DNA of 64,000 bases, from assembly GCF_006345805.1 (NCBI RefSeq), contig NC_043007.1, forward strand, positions 34,968,001 to 35,032,000. The letters are read 5' to 3'. This DNA is from Octopus sinensis (Eukaryota). Positions 12,618 through 23,666 of this stretch are shown one piece after another. The stretch's first letter is position 1. Every line of letters begins with the position of its first letter. Below the pieces are notes generated by a model, which had not been told where the DNA came from, made no database searches, and was given only the letters and a program-made list of their open reading frames with translations. A program made the translations under genes and the position numbers.

Positions 12618-12669
12618 ATTATTATTATTATTATTATTATTATTGTTGTTGTTGTTGTTATTAGTATTA

Positions 12670-14705
12670 TTGCCTTTGCACAGCTTCTAATTCTGGAGAT
12701 GTACTGCAGTGTTATCTGTTCACTACCAGTGAACTAAGGTAACACCTCTTATTTTTCAAGCACCTTCCGAAGTATTCGAGCGGTTCCAAGCAGTGCTGTT
12801 TTCTGCAAGTGCTCCACCCTTATTGCAGCCCTTATTTGTTCCATGCTCTTCTCGAGATTTTTACTCACTGTTTCCAGGGCTCCGACAATTATTGGTACTA
12901 CTGCTACCTGTTTCATCCACCACAACTGCTTAACTTCCCAAGCTAACCTGTCATATCTATCGACTTTTCTTTCTTCCTATCACATACCTTGTTGTCAGCT
13001 GGGCATGCTATGTCTATGATCCAGCATAGTTTGTTTTCTTTCTCAATTAAGAGTATGGCCGGCTTCCTATTCTATATGTCATGGTCGCACTGAATAAAAT
13101 CCCATAGGATCTATGCATTTCTATTTTCAATGATGCCGTTAGGTTTGTGATTGTACCAATCTTTATCTTTGTCAAGTCCATACTTGTTGCAATGTGTCCA
13201 ATGGACAAGCCTGGCTATATTGTCATGGAGTCTCTTATATTCCTTCTGGGCTAGTGGTGTACATTGGCTGCTAATATGCCATACGGTTTCACTGTTTTGT
13301 CCACAGATTCTGCACTTATTACTTTCTGATGTGTTGTCTATTCTGTATTTTATGTAGTTTGTTCTTAGCACTTGCTATTGGGCAGCACAGATTAGAACCT
13401 CCGTTTCAGGTTTTAAATTACTTTTAGTCATCCACAGCCATCATTTTTCTCTGTCTTAACTTCAACATCCCAATGAAACTGACCATGCATTCTTTTCTTT
13501 ACCCACCTATTTTCAGTTTCATTCGTTTTCAATTTCTTGTATAGTGCTCTATCCTTGAAATCTTTCATCCTACACACAGCTGACCTTCTTACTTCTAATA
13601 ATAGTGGTTCTGTGGCATTTTTTACATACCATGCTATGTTGTTTTCTTCTACTCTAATTCTATGTTCGCATCCGATAAGTCCTCTTCCCCCTCTTTTTCT
13701 TGGTACATACAGTCTGTCTGTGTCACTTTTTGGGTGGAGTGACCCATATCTAGTTAGCAACTTCCTTGTCTTTCTGTCTAAGCTGTTTAGTTTGTCTACT
13801 GTCCAGGCCATTACCCCTGTTCCATATCTAAGGAGTGAAACCGCCCAGGTGTTGATACATTCAATCTTATTCCGTCCGTTTAATTTCGACTTAAGGATCA
13901 GTCTCAGTCTGTGCAAATACTCCAGCTTAAATTTTTCTGTCATTTCTTTCTCCATCAATTTATCCATTTCCAAAATCCCCAAGTACTTATAGCCCATCTC
14001 TTCTATCTGCTTCATAACCTCCCTCGATGGTATCATTAGCCCCTCCATACATTTGATTTTGCCTCTCTTCAAGACTAACACATTCCAGTCAATAACTTCC
14101 ACATCAGCGGCAAACAGGATATCGGCCTGTAATTGTCTACTGTATTGCCTTTCTCAGTGTTTTTCAGGCACAGTATTGTCCTACCCAATGTCAACCACTC
14201 TGGTGTTACTTGGTTTGCCAACCAAGTAACACCAGAGTGTTTAACAAGGAGTTGTGCAGCTATTTGTGCATGACATTCACCAAATCTTTTGATCCAATAG
14301 CCTTGAACTCCATCTGGTCCCGGAACCTTCCAGTTGCCCATTTTTTTGCTGATTTCCTTCACTTCCCTGAAATGGCTAGTTCTACCTGTTTTGGACAGAC
14401 TACTGTTTGTTTCAGTTCTTGCAACCATTCAGCATCCTCCTTGTGCACCTTGTTTTCGTTCCAGATGTCACTCCAAAACCTTTGACTTTCAATGTTATCT
14501 TGTATCAACTTTTCATCTGTACACTCTCCATTTATTTCTTTATAGAATCTCTTCTGATCTACTCCGAATAACCTGTTCTGGTGGTAACCCTTCATTCTTT
14601 ACTCGTATCGTACCATCTTTGCTTTCTTTGCAACAAGGTGCTGTTTCATTCCTCCCTTACTACTTTCAGGCCCTTTCTTTCAATATTATACTTCCTTTTA
14701 AAAGA
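12670..14705 (-). pseudogene. R4/Dong LINE (family E), RT core internally deleted
   Basis: PGPDG, NYRPISCLPLM, YKYLG, KRGGRGL, CRICGQNSETVWHISSQC; junction near 14100 skips the central RT domains. Confidence 0.85.
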
Positions 14706-14766
14706 ATTATTTTTATTATTATTATTATTATTATCATTATTATTGTTGCTGTTGTTGTTGTTGTTG

Positions 14767-14815
<49 letters not shown>

Positions 14816-15016
14816 TATTATTATTATTATTATTATAACTTCCAAGCTGGCAGATTCATTATTAAGCCAGGTGAAATGCTTATGATGATGTTAAAACTTA
14901 GGTAAATAACGTTAGCAGTATTTTGTCTGTCTCTACATTCTGAGTTCAAATCCCACCAAGGTCGACTTTTGCCTTCTGCCTATCATAGAAAATATTATTA
15001 TTATTGTTGTTATTAT

Positions 15017-15982
15017 GGGATGAAAACTCACAGCTTATTTTGCTGGGTATGATGGAAAGTGTCAGCTGTCCACCCCAGCAGACTAAGGTGACACTTCTTT
15101 TACTGATTATGCTTCAAGAACCTTGTGAAGAATTCTTGCAGTTCCAAGCAATGCTGATTTGTGTAGGTGTTCTACCTTCACACTTGCACCGGTCTTTTTC
15201 AGCCATGATGGTAGTTGAGTGCTGATACTTCCAAGAGTGCCAATTATTATTGGTATCATGTCTACTCTCCTTATTGACCACAACCTTCATATTTCCCACT
15301 TTAAATCGTCATAGTTTTTTTTGCTTCTTTGACATTGATCCTGTTGTCACCAGAGCATGCTATGTCAACTATCATACATGTTCTTTCTTTTTTATTCACC
15401 GCACTATCCAGTTTCCTGTGTCTGGTCAGGTGATCACACCAGATCATTACATCCCACAGGATTTTGCAGTTCTCATTTTCATTGACTCATTCTGGGGTTT
15501 GCTCATACCATGTCTTTGCTCTTCCTAAGCCATGATTTCCACTGAGCTCCCAATGGATCGTTCTTGCCACATTGTCATGGCATCATTTGTATTTGTGTTG
15601 CACCAATTTCAGGCATTCGCTAATGATGTGCCATACCATTTCACCCCTCTCACCACACTTTCTGCATTTGCCACTATCAGTAGTGTTGTCAATTCTTCAC
15701 TTCATATAATTGGTCCTTAATGCTTGTTCCTGAGCTGCGCATATGAATACTTCTGTCTCTATCTTCAGGTCACTTCACCTCATCCATAGCCACCGGTTCT
15801 CTATATCTGTCATGGCATTTACATTTCTTGCAAACTGACCATACATTTTTATCTCCTATTTCCTTTTTTCTCTTCATTTCTTCTTTAAATTTTTCTGTAG
15901 TTACACAATTTTCAGTTTTGATGATGCATGCCTTCTTCGTGTGTTTTAACAGTGGCTCTATGCCATTTATTATATACCATCC

Positions 15983-15983
<1 letters not shown>
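15017..15983 (-). pseudogene. R4/Dong LINE 3' fragment (family D)
   Basis: AAQEQALRTNY, CRKCGERGEMVWHIISEC, KILWD, SALLGTARIL; microsatellite on both sides. Confidence 0.8.
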
Positions 15984-16037
<54 letters not shown>

Positions 16038-16512
16038 GAGTAAGAGAGCAGTGCATGCCATCAAGGTGACACTGGGGTAAAATATGCGAAGCCCAGTATA
16101 CCCATCATGACTACCCATCGGATAAGGGTACACCAGGCACGTACATCACAACCATATGTGCATGACATGGTGATCTCATATCAAGATAAACAGCACATGA
16201 CCTTGCAGGTGGGGCCCAGTTAGAATTTTCTTCTGGTCAAGTAACCCATCCTGCTCAAAAGGTTCCTGAATAAGTGTTGTTTAAGGATGTTGAACGACAC
16301 ACCCAAGTTTCCAGAGGTGAATTATTCAAACCCCAAAGAATCCCTCTCAACACATGGCCATGATGCTCCCCCACTACTTCTGCTCGTGATCAGAAATGCA
16401 CATATCATCAGCCACTAAAGGACATACTCAACTGGTTATGGTCAAACAACTGACAAGCAAATCTGTGGTATTGAGCAGAATATTCGTTGTAGCCCATCTT
16501 TTATACCAAGAC
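16038..16512 (-). mobile_element. Unclassified interspersed repeat family F with (TAA)n tail
   Basis: Copies at 34538-34846 and 29824-30150; no ORF; two copies end at the same point in (TAA)n. Strand assumed from the tail. Confidence 0.65.
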
Positions 16513-17545
16513 AAGGCTGAACACAGACGGGACAAATTACAAAGTAGAGCTTTTCTTTTGGGGAGAAAAAAAGGTGGGGTAGGTTTTTATCAAAAGGGTC
16601 GTAAAAAAAAAAACTATCAAAAGGGAACGTGTATCGCAGAAATGTCATGATGTAAAGTGTAAAGGGGGAAACAGATAAGGTTTATCCGTGGAAAGAAAAG
16701 CCAACAGAAAAGACCACGTTAACCTCGGTCAATAATGTCACATTTTAACACATTTATTTCCAAGTAAGTAACTCTCTATTTTAAATTTATGCTCAAGGTG
16801 GCTTCGTCATTCATACGTGCCATCCTTACTACATTCACCCATCATTTTTTGAAACATTCGCTAGACAAAACTTGCCTCTCTACTCTCACTTTCCTTTTCA
16901 AGTGATACTTGAAGAAGTTGATGAGAGATTGACCAGAGAGGAAAGTGTTTATCTCCAATCCTTTCAGACGCGTCCACCAGATACATTCTTTTGATATAGC
17001 CACAAGTATGATGAAAATAGCTCTTCCTTCCCGTTTGAAAGAAGGAGGCGTGACAATATTAACGATAGACTCGGCTGATAAATCGACTCGTCCCACACGT
17101 AACAGCAGTCGTTCGACATAAGCCCACAGGTCGGAAATTGCTGGACACAGCACGAGCGCGTGCAGAGCGGTTTCGTCGCTCTGACCGCATTTCGGGCAGG
17201 TTGGCTCCATGTTTCTCGAGCCGTGTCTGTAGAGTTTACTCCTCGTCGACGCCCAGGTTCGCCCCGAGATCGTCGACGTACCTCCCCTCCACTAATCCCC
17301 TATAGAGTGCTTTGGTTGTGTTGAAGTCGCTCAAGGTCGACCCGGGATGGCATAGTTGCTTGAGAGCAACGCGACATTCGCGGTGCCATTCGCCCTTCCT
17401 CTGCCTCTTTTTGATCCACGACTGCAGTTCGGTCACGGAGACGAGCTGCGGGAAAGTGTGCCTCACAAACGGCGACCGACGGACTCTCGCGTCGAAGACG
17501 ACGTTTCAGGGTTCAGCTTTTTGCTGAACGACCTGCACAAATGAT
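16511..17545 (-). pseudogene. Tx1/L1-clade LINE 3' part with zf-RVT and 3' UTR
   Basis: ORF 16842-17210 CPKCGQSDETALHALVLCP (CX2CX7HX4C) followed by a pyrimidine-rich UTR. Confidence 0.8.
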
Positions 17546-17778
17546 TTCTTTATAGTGATCAAATGCATGTGCTGTACATTAGCTCACTCTCTCCATCAAA
17601 GCGACCGACCGTTGCCTAAACAGGTGCACTTTGTGCCAAGCATCAGGTGTCCAAGGGATTGCAGAGCAACGTGAGCAAAGTGTTTTGCTCAAGAACACAA
17701 TGTACAACCGGGCCTAAGAACTGAAACCACAATCTCGCGGTCGTGACTGCAACTCTCTAACCGCTTGGCCATGCGCCA
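17542..17778 (-). mobile_element. tRNA-derived SINE with CORE-like body and a distinct tail
   Basis: Head GGCGCATGGCCAAGCGGTTAG...GGTTTCAGTTC; TGTTCTTGAGCAAAACACTT. Confidence 0.65.
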
Positions 17779-17884
17779 TCAGCTGGCAAAATGAGTTGTA
17801 TATGGAATTCAAAGGGCCAGCCTTACCAGATTCTGTGTCACGCTGAATCTCCTTGAAAACAATATTAAGAGTACGCGTGTCTCT

Positions 17885-18122
17885 TGAGTGCTCAGCCATT
17901 TGCACTTTAATTTTACGAGCAGGCTGTTCAGTTGTCAGAAAATCGAGTGACTGCAGCTGGAGACTAATCGCCTGAGTGCTCAGCCAATTGCACTTTAATT
18001 TTACGAGCAGGCTGTTCAGTTGTCAGAAAATCGAGTGACTGCAGCTGGAGACTAATCGCCTGAGTGCTCAGCCAATTGCACTTTAATTTTACGAGCAGGC
18101 TGTTCAGTTGTCAGAAAATCGA
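17885..18122 (+). repeat. 88-bp tandem repeat (2.7 copies) derived from a SINE 3' module
   Basis: TGAGTGCTCAG at 17885, 17973 and 18061; unit homologous to the tail of the SINE at 62442-62825. Confidence 0.85.
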
Positions 18123-18377
18123 ATTAAGTCAAATCACGTAATTCGGCCAATGAAATTACTTACTACCATTGAGTGAATACGACATCTGCGTTATCAGTGC
18201 CGGATAACGGCAAGAAAGCAATAATACCCAGAATGAAAATGTGCCTAAAATTTTTATTAATATTTCTCTTCTGCAAATTTCCAAAGAATCCACACTCAAT
18301 CATTCTTTCTTTTGCTCATAACTCAAACCCATTGGCTTATTCTTTTTGTTGACCGCAATTCAAGTTTTCCATATAAC

Positions 18378-18592
18378 AATCCTTTCTACTGAAGGCACAA
18401 GGCCTGAAGATTGGTGGGAGTGTACTTGTCGATTAGATCTACCCCAGTGTTTCACTGGTACTTAATTTATCGACACAGAAAGGATGAAAGGCAAACTCGA
18501 CTTAGGCGGAATTTGAACTCAGAACGTAGCCACGGACGAAATACCGCTAAGCATTTCATCCAGCGTGCTGACGATTCTGCCAGCTCGTCGCC
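18378..18592 (-). mobile_element. SINE family B (tail B2)
   Basis: Reverse-complement head, B box and central domain. Confidence 0.75.
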
Positions 18593-18768
18593 TTAGTTTT
18601 CCATATAATAAGCCTTTCTACTATAGGTACAAGGCCTAAAACTTAGGTGAGGGAGATAGTCTAAGTTTGACTCTTTTGATGAGCATTAATAAGTGTCGTG
18701 ACCGCGTGTGTACGTTGGCGATTTTTTTTCCCTCCGTCTTCCCTTCTCTGGATCTTTCCTTTTCCTAT

Positions 18769-18803
18769 GTTTCTGACGAAGAGCTCCGCTCGAAACGTAA
18801 AGC
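18769..18803 (+). ncRNA. Minimal type I hammerhead ribozyme motif (PLE-type), complete core
   Basis: guuu CUGACGA a GAGC-ucc-GCUC GAAA C GU A aagc: all core nucleotides, 4-bp stem II, palindromic ACGU stem III, 4-bp stem I. Confidence 0.7.
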
Positions 18804-18900
18804 CCTCCTTCTTCCCTTCCTTCCTGAGCGTCCAATAATACTATATTTGTTCCACGTCCTCGCGTTGTTGTGTTTTCTCTTGGTGTTTTCATGTTTGGAT

Positions 18901-18935
<35 letters not shown>

Positions 18936-19172
18936 TAGGGAAGAACCACCATGTAGCAATTCAGCAATAATATACTTAAATCATACCATATAGAAAAAAA
19001 TTAAAGATACGATATATGGTATGATTTAAGTTTATCATTGTTGAATTGCTACATGGTAGTTCTTCTCTAATTTATATATATATGTATTATATATTGTGAA
19101 ATTTGATTTAGTATTATTAAATTGAATTTTTCCTTGTAAGTTTGGAATCATATTCCCTATTATTATTATTAT

Positions 19173-19323
19173 TCAGTAGTTTTATTTTTATAGCGTGCTT
19201 TCACTTCACTACCGAGCGCAGCTCTGTGTGCCTTGGGTATGTGCTGTGATTTGTTGTGATGCTCTGATGGTTATTGTATGGAAAGTGTTCTGCGTAGGAT
19301 GTGTGCAGTGCCTAGTAGTGCAA

Positions 19324-19326
<3 letters not shown>
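19173..19326 (-). mobile_element. R4/Dong family A 3' stub
   Basis: Matches 42247-42400 and 57610-57758; ATT repeats on both sides. Confidence 0.85.
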
Positions 19327-19363
<37 letters not shown>

Positions 19364-19399
19364 TTATTATTATTATTATTATAATGATTATTGTTATTA

Positions 19400-19458
<59 letters not shown>

Positions 19459-19461
19459 ATC

Positions 19462-19547
<86 letters not shown>

Positions 19548-19589
19548 TATATATATAATATATATATTTATTTACACATGAATAAATAT

Positions 19590-20050
19590 ACTTGTATGAA
19601 TCTTGAGGAATCAGTATGGATAGTCGTAGAACGGACAGTGGTAGTATGGACTAGCTCTTTGGTTTAATAGTTGCCTTCTAAATGGCTGATTGATTAACTA
19701 GTATTTTATAAGGAGTGGAGAAGAGTACTGACAGTTTGACGCCGTCTTTGGAGTTTTAGTTTTGCCCAACGGTACGAATATATTCATGTTGAAGTTGGCC
19801 ACATAGATTTCGCACTTTAGTTCTCTTTAGAAAGGGTTTGCAATTTTTCTAAATTTGAATCCTTTATTGAACAGGCCCTCTTCGATTGCAAAAAGTAGTA
19901 TATTGGGTGGTGAGCATCTTCAGCCGTTATCAATCTATAGTTACTGCTAGTTTTTGTTTCGGGTTTCTTTTCTATTTGTTTAACTTTGGAGAGATTCATT
20001 TTCGTCGAAGTGGTAGATTTTTACATCTGGCTCTTTTGATAAACCTGTCC
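19590..20050 (-). pseudogene. Possible decayed PLE pre-RT fragment
   Basis: NILLFAIEEGLFNKGFKF resembles the PLE pre-RT motif; partly related to 25990-26066. Confidence 0.35.
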
Positions 20051-20096
20051 TTTCAATAAGGTATATACACGCGCGCGCGCGCATATATCCTATGTG

Positions 20097-20519
20097 GGCG
20101 CAGGAGTAGTTGTGTGGTAAGAAGCTTGCTTCCCAACCAGATGATTCCGGGTTCAGTCCCACTTCGTGGCACCTTGGACAAGTGTCTTCTACTATAGCCA
20201 CGGGCCGACCAAAGCCTTGTGAGTGGATTTGGTAGACTGAAACTAAAAGAAGCCCGTCGTATACATATGTGTGTATGTGTGTATGTATGTGTGTATTTGT
20301 GTGTCTGTGTTTCTTCCCCACCATTACTTGACAACCGATGTTGGCGTGTTTACGCCCCCGTAACTTAGCAGTTCGGTAAAAGAGATGGGTAAAATCAGAT
20401 CAGTAGTAGGCTTACAAAGAATAAGTCCCGGGGTCGATTTGTTCGACTAAAGGCGGTGCTCCTGCATGGCCGCAGTCAAATGACTGAAACAAGTAAGAGA
20501 ATAAAAGAATAAAAGAATA
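20097..20519 (+). mobile_element. SINE family A, full length
   Basis: Same layout as 3470-3896. Confidence 0.85.
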
Positions 20520-20624
20520 TGTGTGTGTATGTATATGGGATGATGGGATGTCTGATTCTATATATACATTATATATGTGCGTGTTTGTGTGTGTATGTAT
20601 GCACAAACTGTGAATAAGTTTTAA

Positions 20625-21038
20625 GGCAGCGAGCTGGCAGGAACGTTAGCACGCCGGGTGAAATGCTTGGCGGTATTTCGTCTGCCGTTACGTTGTGAGT
20701 TCAAATTCCGCCGAGGTCGACTTTGCCTTTCATCCTTTCGGGGTCGATAAATTAAGTACCAGTTACGCACTGGGGTCGATGTAATCGACTTAATACCTAT
20801 GTCTGTCCTTGTTTGTCCCCTCTGTGTTTAGCCCCTTGTGGGTAATAAAGAAATAGGTATTTCGTCTGCTGTTACGTTCTGAGTTCAAATTCCGCCGAGG
20901 TCGACTTTGTCTTTCATCGTTTCGGAGTCTATAAATAAAGTACCAGTGAAACACTGGGGTCGATGTAATCGACTTAATCTCTTTGTCTGTCCTTGTTTGT
21001 CCCCTCTTGTTTAGCCCCTTATGGACAATAAAGAAATA
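20625..21038 (+). mobile_element. SINE family B dimer with 18-bp target-site duplication
   Basis: ACAAACTGTGAATAAGTT at 20603-20620 and 21039-21056. Confidence 0.85.
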
Positions 21039-21370
21039 ACAAACTGTGAATAAGTTCGAAAACCTACTTTCGATAAATGTACATTCATCTTTGCTCTGTT
21101 AATAGACCCGTGATGAAGTCACGTGGATCTCTATTCAGAATGAATCCGAGAGCAGCTCCACTCGTTTCGATTGGATATTGTTATCCCACCAAGAGTGTCC
21201 ACTTGCGTTCCTCTTTCAGCAAGAGAGAGAGGCAGGCAGACAGATAGACAGACAGACAGACAGACACACAGATGGATAGATAAGCAGGCGGACAGAGATA
21301 GGGAGGAAGCAACTTACTAACTATCAGGATCTGTAAAGGCGAATTGAATCCAGACAGTACACCGATCGTA

Positions 21371-21460
21371 AATATCTGACGAGTCCTTCTGGAAAGAAGG
21401 AAAATCTTTCGGCCCTCTTACATTCTCTCCCTTCCAGTTGGGCCCGAAACCAGTCATGTT
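21371..21460 (+). ncRNA. Hammerhead-like motif with expanded, branched stem II
   Basis: aauau CUGACGA G...C GAAA C ca GUC auguu; 5-bp stem I; two internal hairpins. Confidence 0.4.
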
Positions 21461-21588
21461 CCACCAAGCGAAATTTCTTCAAGGGGCTCTCTACTCAATA
21501 CCGTTTTTTTTTAAACGGGCTCTAGTTTTAGTCATTTTCTCATCCCTACATTCAGTGTCAGTGTGTCTTATTAATTGACCAAAATTAT

Positions 21589-21633
<45 letters not shown>

Positions 21634-22062
21634 AATTGAAAGTTCATAATTTGAACACACAAACGCGCACATGCTTACACGCATACTCTCTTACACTGTC
21701 TCAGTATATTAATTTTTTTAATTTTATGAGTTTCTAACCAAATGGATTGATATGCATTCTAGTAAAATCAGCGCCCGTTACTCATAGCATTTAGTCAATC
21801 TCTAAGCTGCCGTTTCTCTCTGAAAGACGAAAGCGAGTAGCAGCAATAATCAGTTGAATCTAGTCGAGCTGTTCTCGGGATTATCCTAAATAGTGAGCTC
21901 TATGGTTTAACCAGAGCTTTAAAAATGCATTTTATCAAACGTACTTATATACGTAAGCTCATAATTTATTCACATATAATAAGAAAAGCGCTATCTTTGT
22001 ACCTAAGCAACTTCTCATATACGCGCGCTTATCTATAATACGTTCCGAAACACACATACGTA

Positions 22063-23574
22063 CGATGGGGTGCTGAAAAGTTCCTGACTTTAAGGGTATT
22101 GCGAAATGCCCTTAAAGTCAGGAACTTTAGGCGGCGAGCTGGCAGAAACGTTAGCACGCCGGGCGAAATGCTTAGCGGTATTTCGTCTGCTGCTAGGTTT
22201 TGAGTTCAAATTCCGCCGAGGTCGACTTTACCTTTCATCCTTTCGGGGTCGATAAATTAAGTACCAGTTACGCACTGGGGTCGATGTAATCGACTTAATA
22301 CCTATGTCTGTCCTTGTTTGTCCTCTCTGTGTTTAGGTATTTCGTCAGCCGCTAGGTTTTGAGTTCAAATTCCGCCGAGGTCGACTTTACCTTTCATCCT
22401 TTCGGGGTCGTTAAATTAAGTACCAGTTACGCACTGGGGTCGATGTAATCGACTTAATACCTATGTCTGTCCTTGTTTGTCCTCTCTGTGTTTAGCCCCT
22501 TGTGGGTAGTAAAGAAATAGGTATTTCGTCTGCCGCTACGTTCTGAGTTCAAATTCCGCCGAGGTCGACTTTACCTTTCATCCTTTCGGGGTCGATAAAT
22601 TAAGTACCAGTTACGCACTGGGGTCGATGTAATCGACTTAATACCTATGTCTGTCCTTGTTTGTCCTCTCTGTGTTTAGGTATTTCGTCAGCCGCTAGGT
22701 TTTGAGTTCAAATTCCGCCGAGGTCGACTTTACCTTTCATCCTTTCGGGGTCGTTAAATTAAGTACCAGTTACGCACTGGGGTCGATGTAATCGACTTAA
22801 TACCTATGTCTGTCCTTGTTTGTCCTCTCTGTGTTTAGCCCCTTGTGGGTAGTAAAGAAATAGGTATTTCGTCTGCCGCTACGTTCTGAGTTCAAATTCC
22901 GCCGAGGTCAACTTTGTCTTTCATCCTTTCGGGGTCGATTAAATAAGTACCAGTTACGCACTGGGATCGATGTAATCGACTTAATCCGTTTGTCTGTCCT
23001 TGTTTGTCCTCTCTGTGTTTAGCCCCTTGTGGGCAGTAAAGAAATAGGTACTTCGTCAGCCGCTAGGTTCTGAGTTCAAATTCCGCCGAGGTCGACTTTG
23101 CCTTTCATCCTTTCGGGGTCGATAAATTAAGTACCAGTTACGCACTGGGGTTGATGTAATCGACTTAATACCTATGTCTGTCCTTGTTTGTCCCCTCTAT
23201 GTTTAGCCCCTTGTGGGTAATAAAGAAATAGAAATAGGAATTTCGTCTGCCGCTAGGTTCTGAGTTCAAATTCCGCCGAGGTCGACTTTGCCTTTTATCC
23301 TTTCGGGGTCGATTGAATAAGTACCAGTTACGCACTGGGATCGATATAATCGACTTAATACCTTTGTCTGTCCTTGTTTGTCCCCTCTATGTTTAGCCCC
23401 TTTGTGGGTAAGACCCAACCTTCCGAGTTCTTTTACAGGACTTAGAAAAATTGAAGAACCACATTAATAATAGTACTAATCTGAGAAGGGGAACATATTG
23501 AATAAAATCATAATTAACTGATATTCCTGTATTTTCCTTTACCCAAAGCCAGAAACTTTTCAGCACCCACCTCG
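22063..23574 (+). mobile_element. Mariner-derived MITE interrupted by a SINE array
   Basis: About 30-bp TIRs (CGATGGGGTGCTGAAAAGTTCCTGACTTT and its reverse complement at 23545-23574), TA on both sides; transposase C-terminal remnant at 23425-23500. Confidence 0.75.
22130..23410 (+). repeat. Tandem array of 7 SINE family B units with a single head
   Basis: Units start at 22177, 22336, 22520, 22679, 22863, 23047 and 23237 (periods 159/184/159/184/184/190). Confidence 0.9.
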
Positions 23575-23666
23575 TATGAGTTTCAGAACGTGCAAAATGC
23601 TGCGATATGTTTTACAAAGAATCTCCGCATCATTACAGAGAAACTACCACAATACTTCAATATTTT

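Noticed and set aside
21150-21222. Minus-strand hairpin followed by CGAAACGAGUG
   Set aside because: Cleavage-site base would be G and no properly spaced CUGANGA is present.
22130-23410. Regular array resembling CRISPR, or a ribozyme-bearing retrozyme repeat
   Set aside because: No unique spacers and no cas genes; I found no hammerhead core on either strand of the unit.
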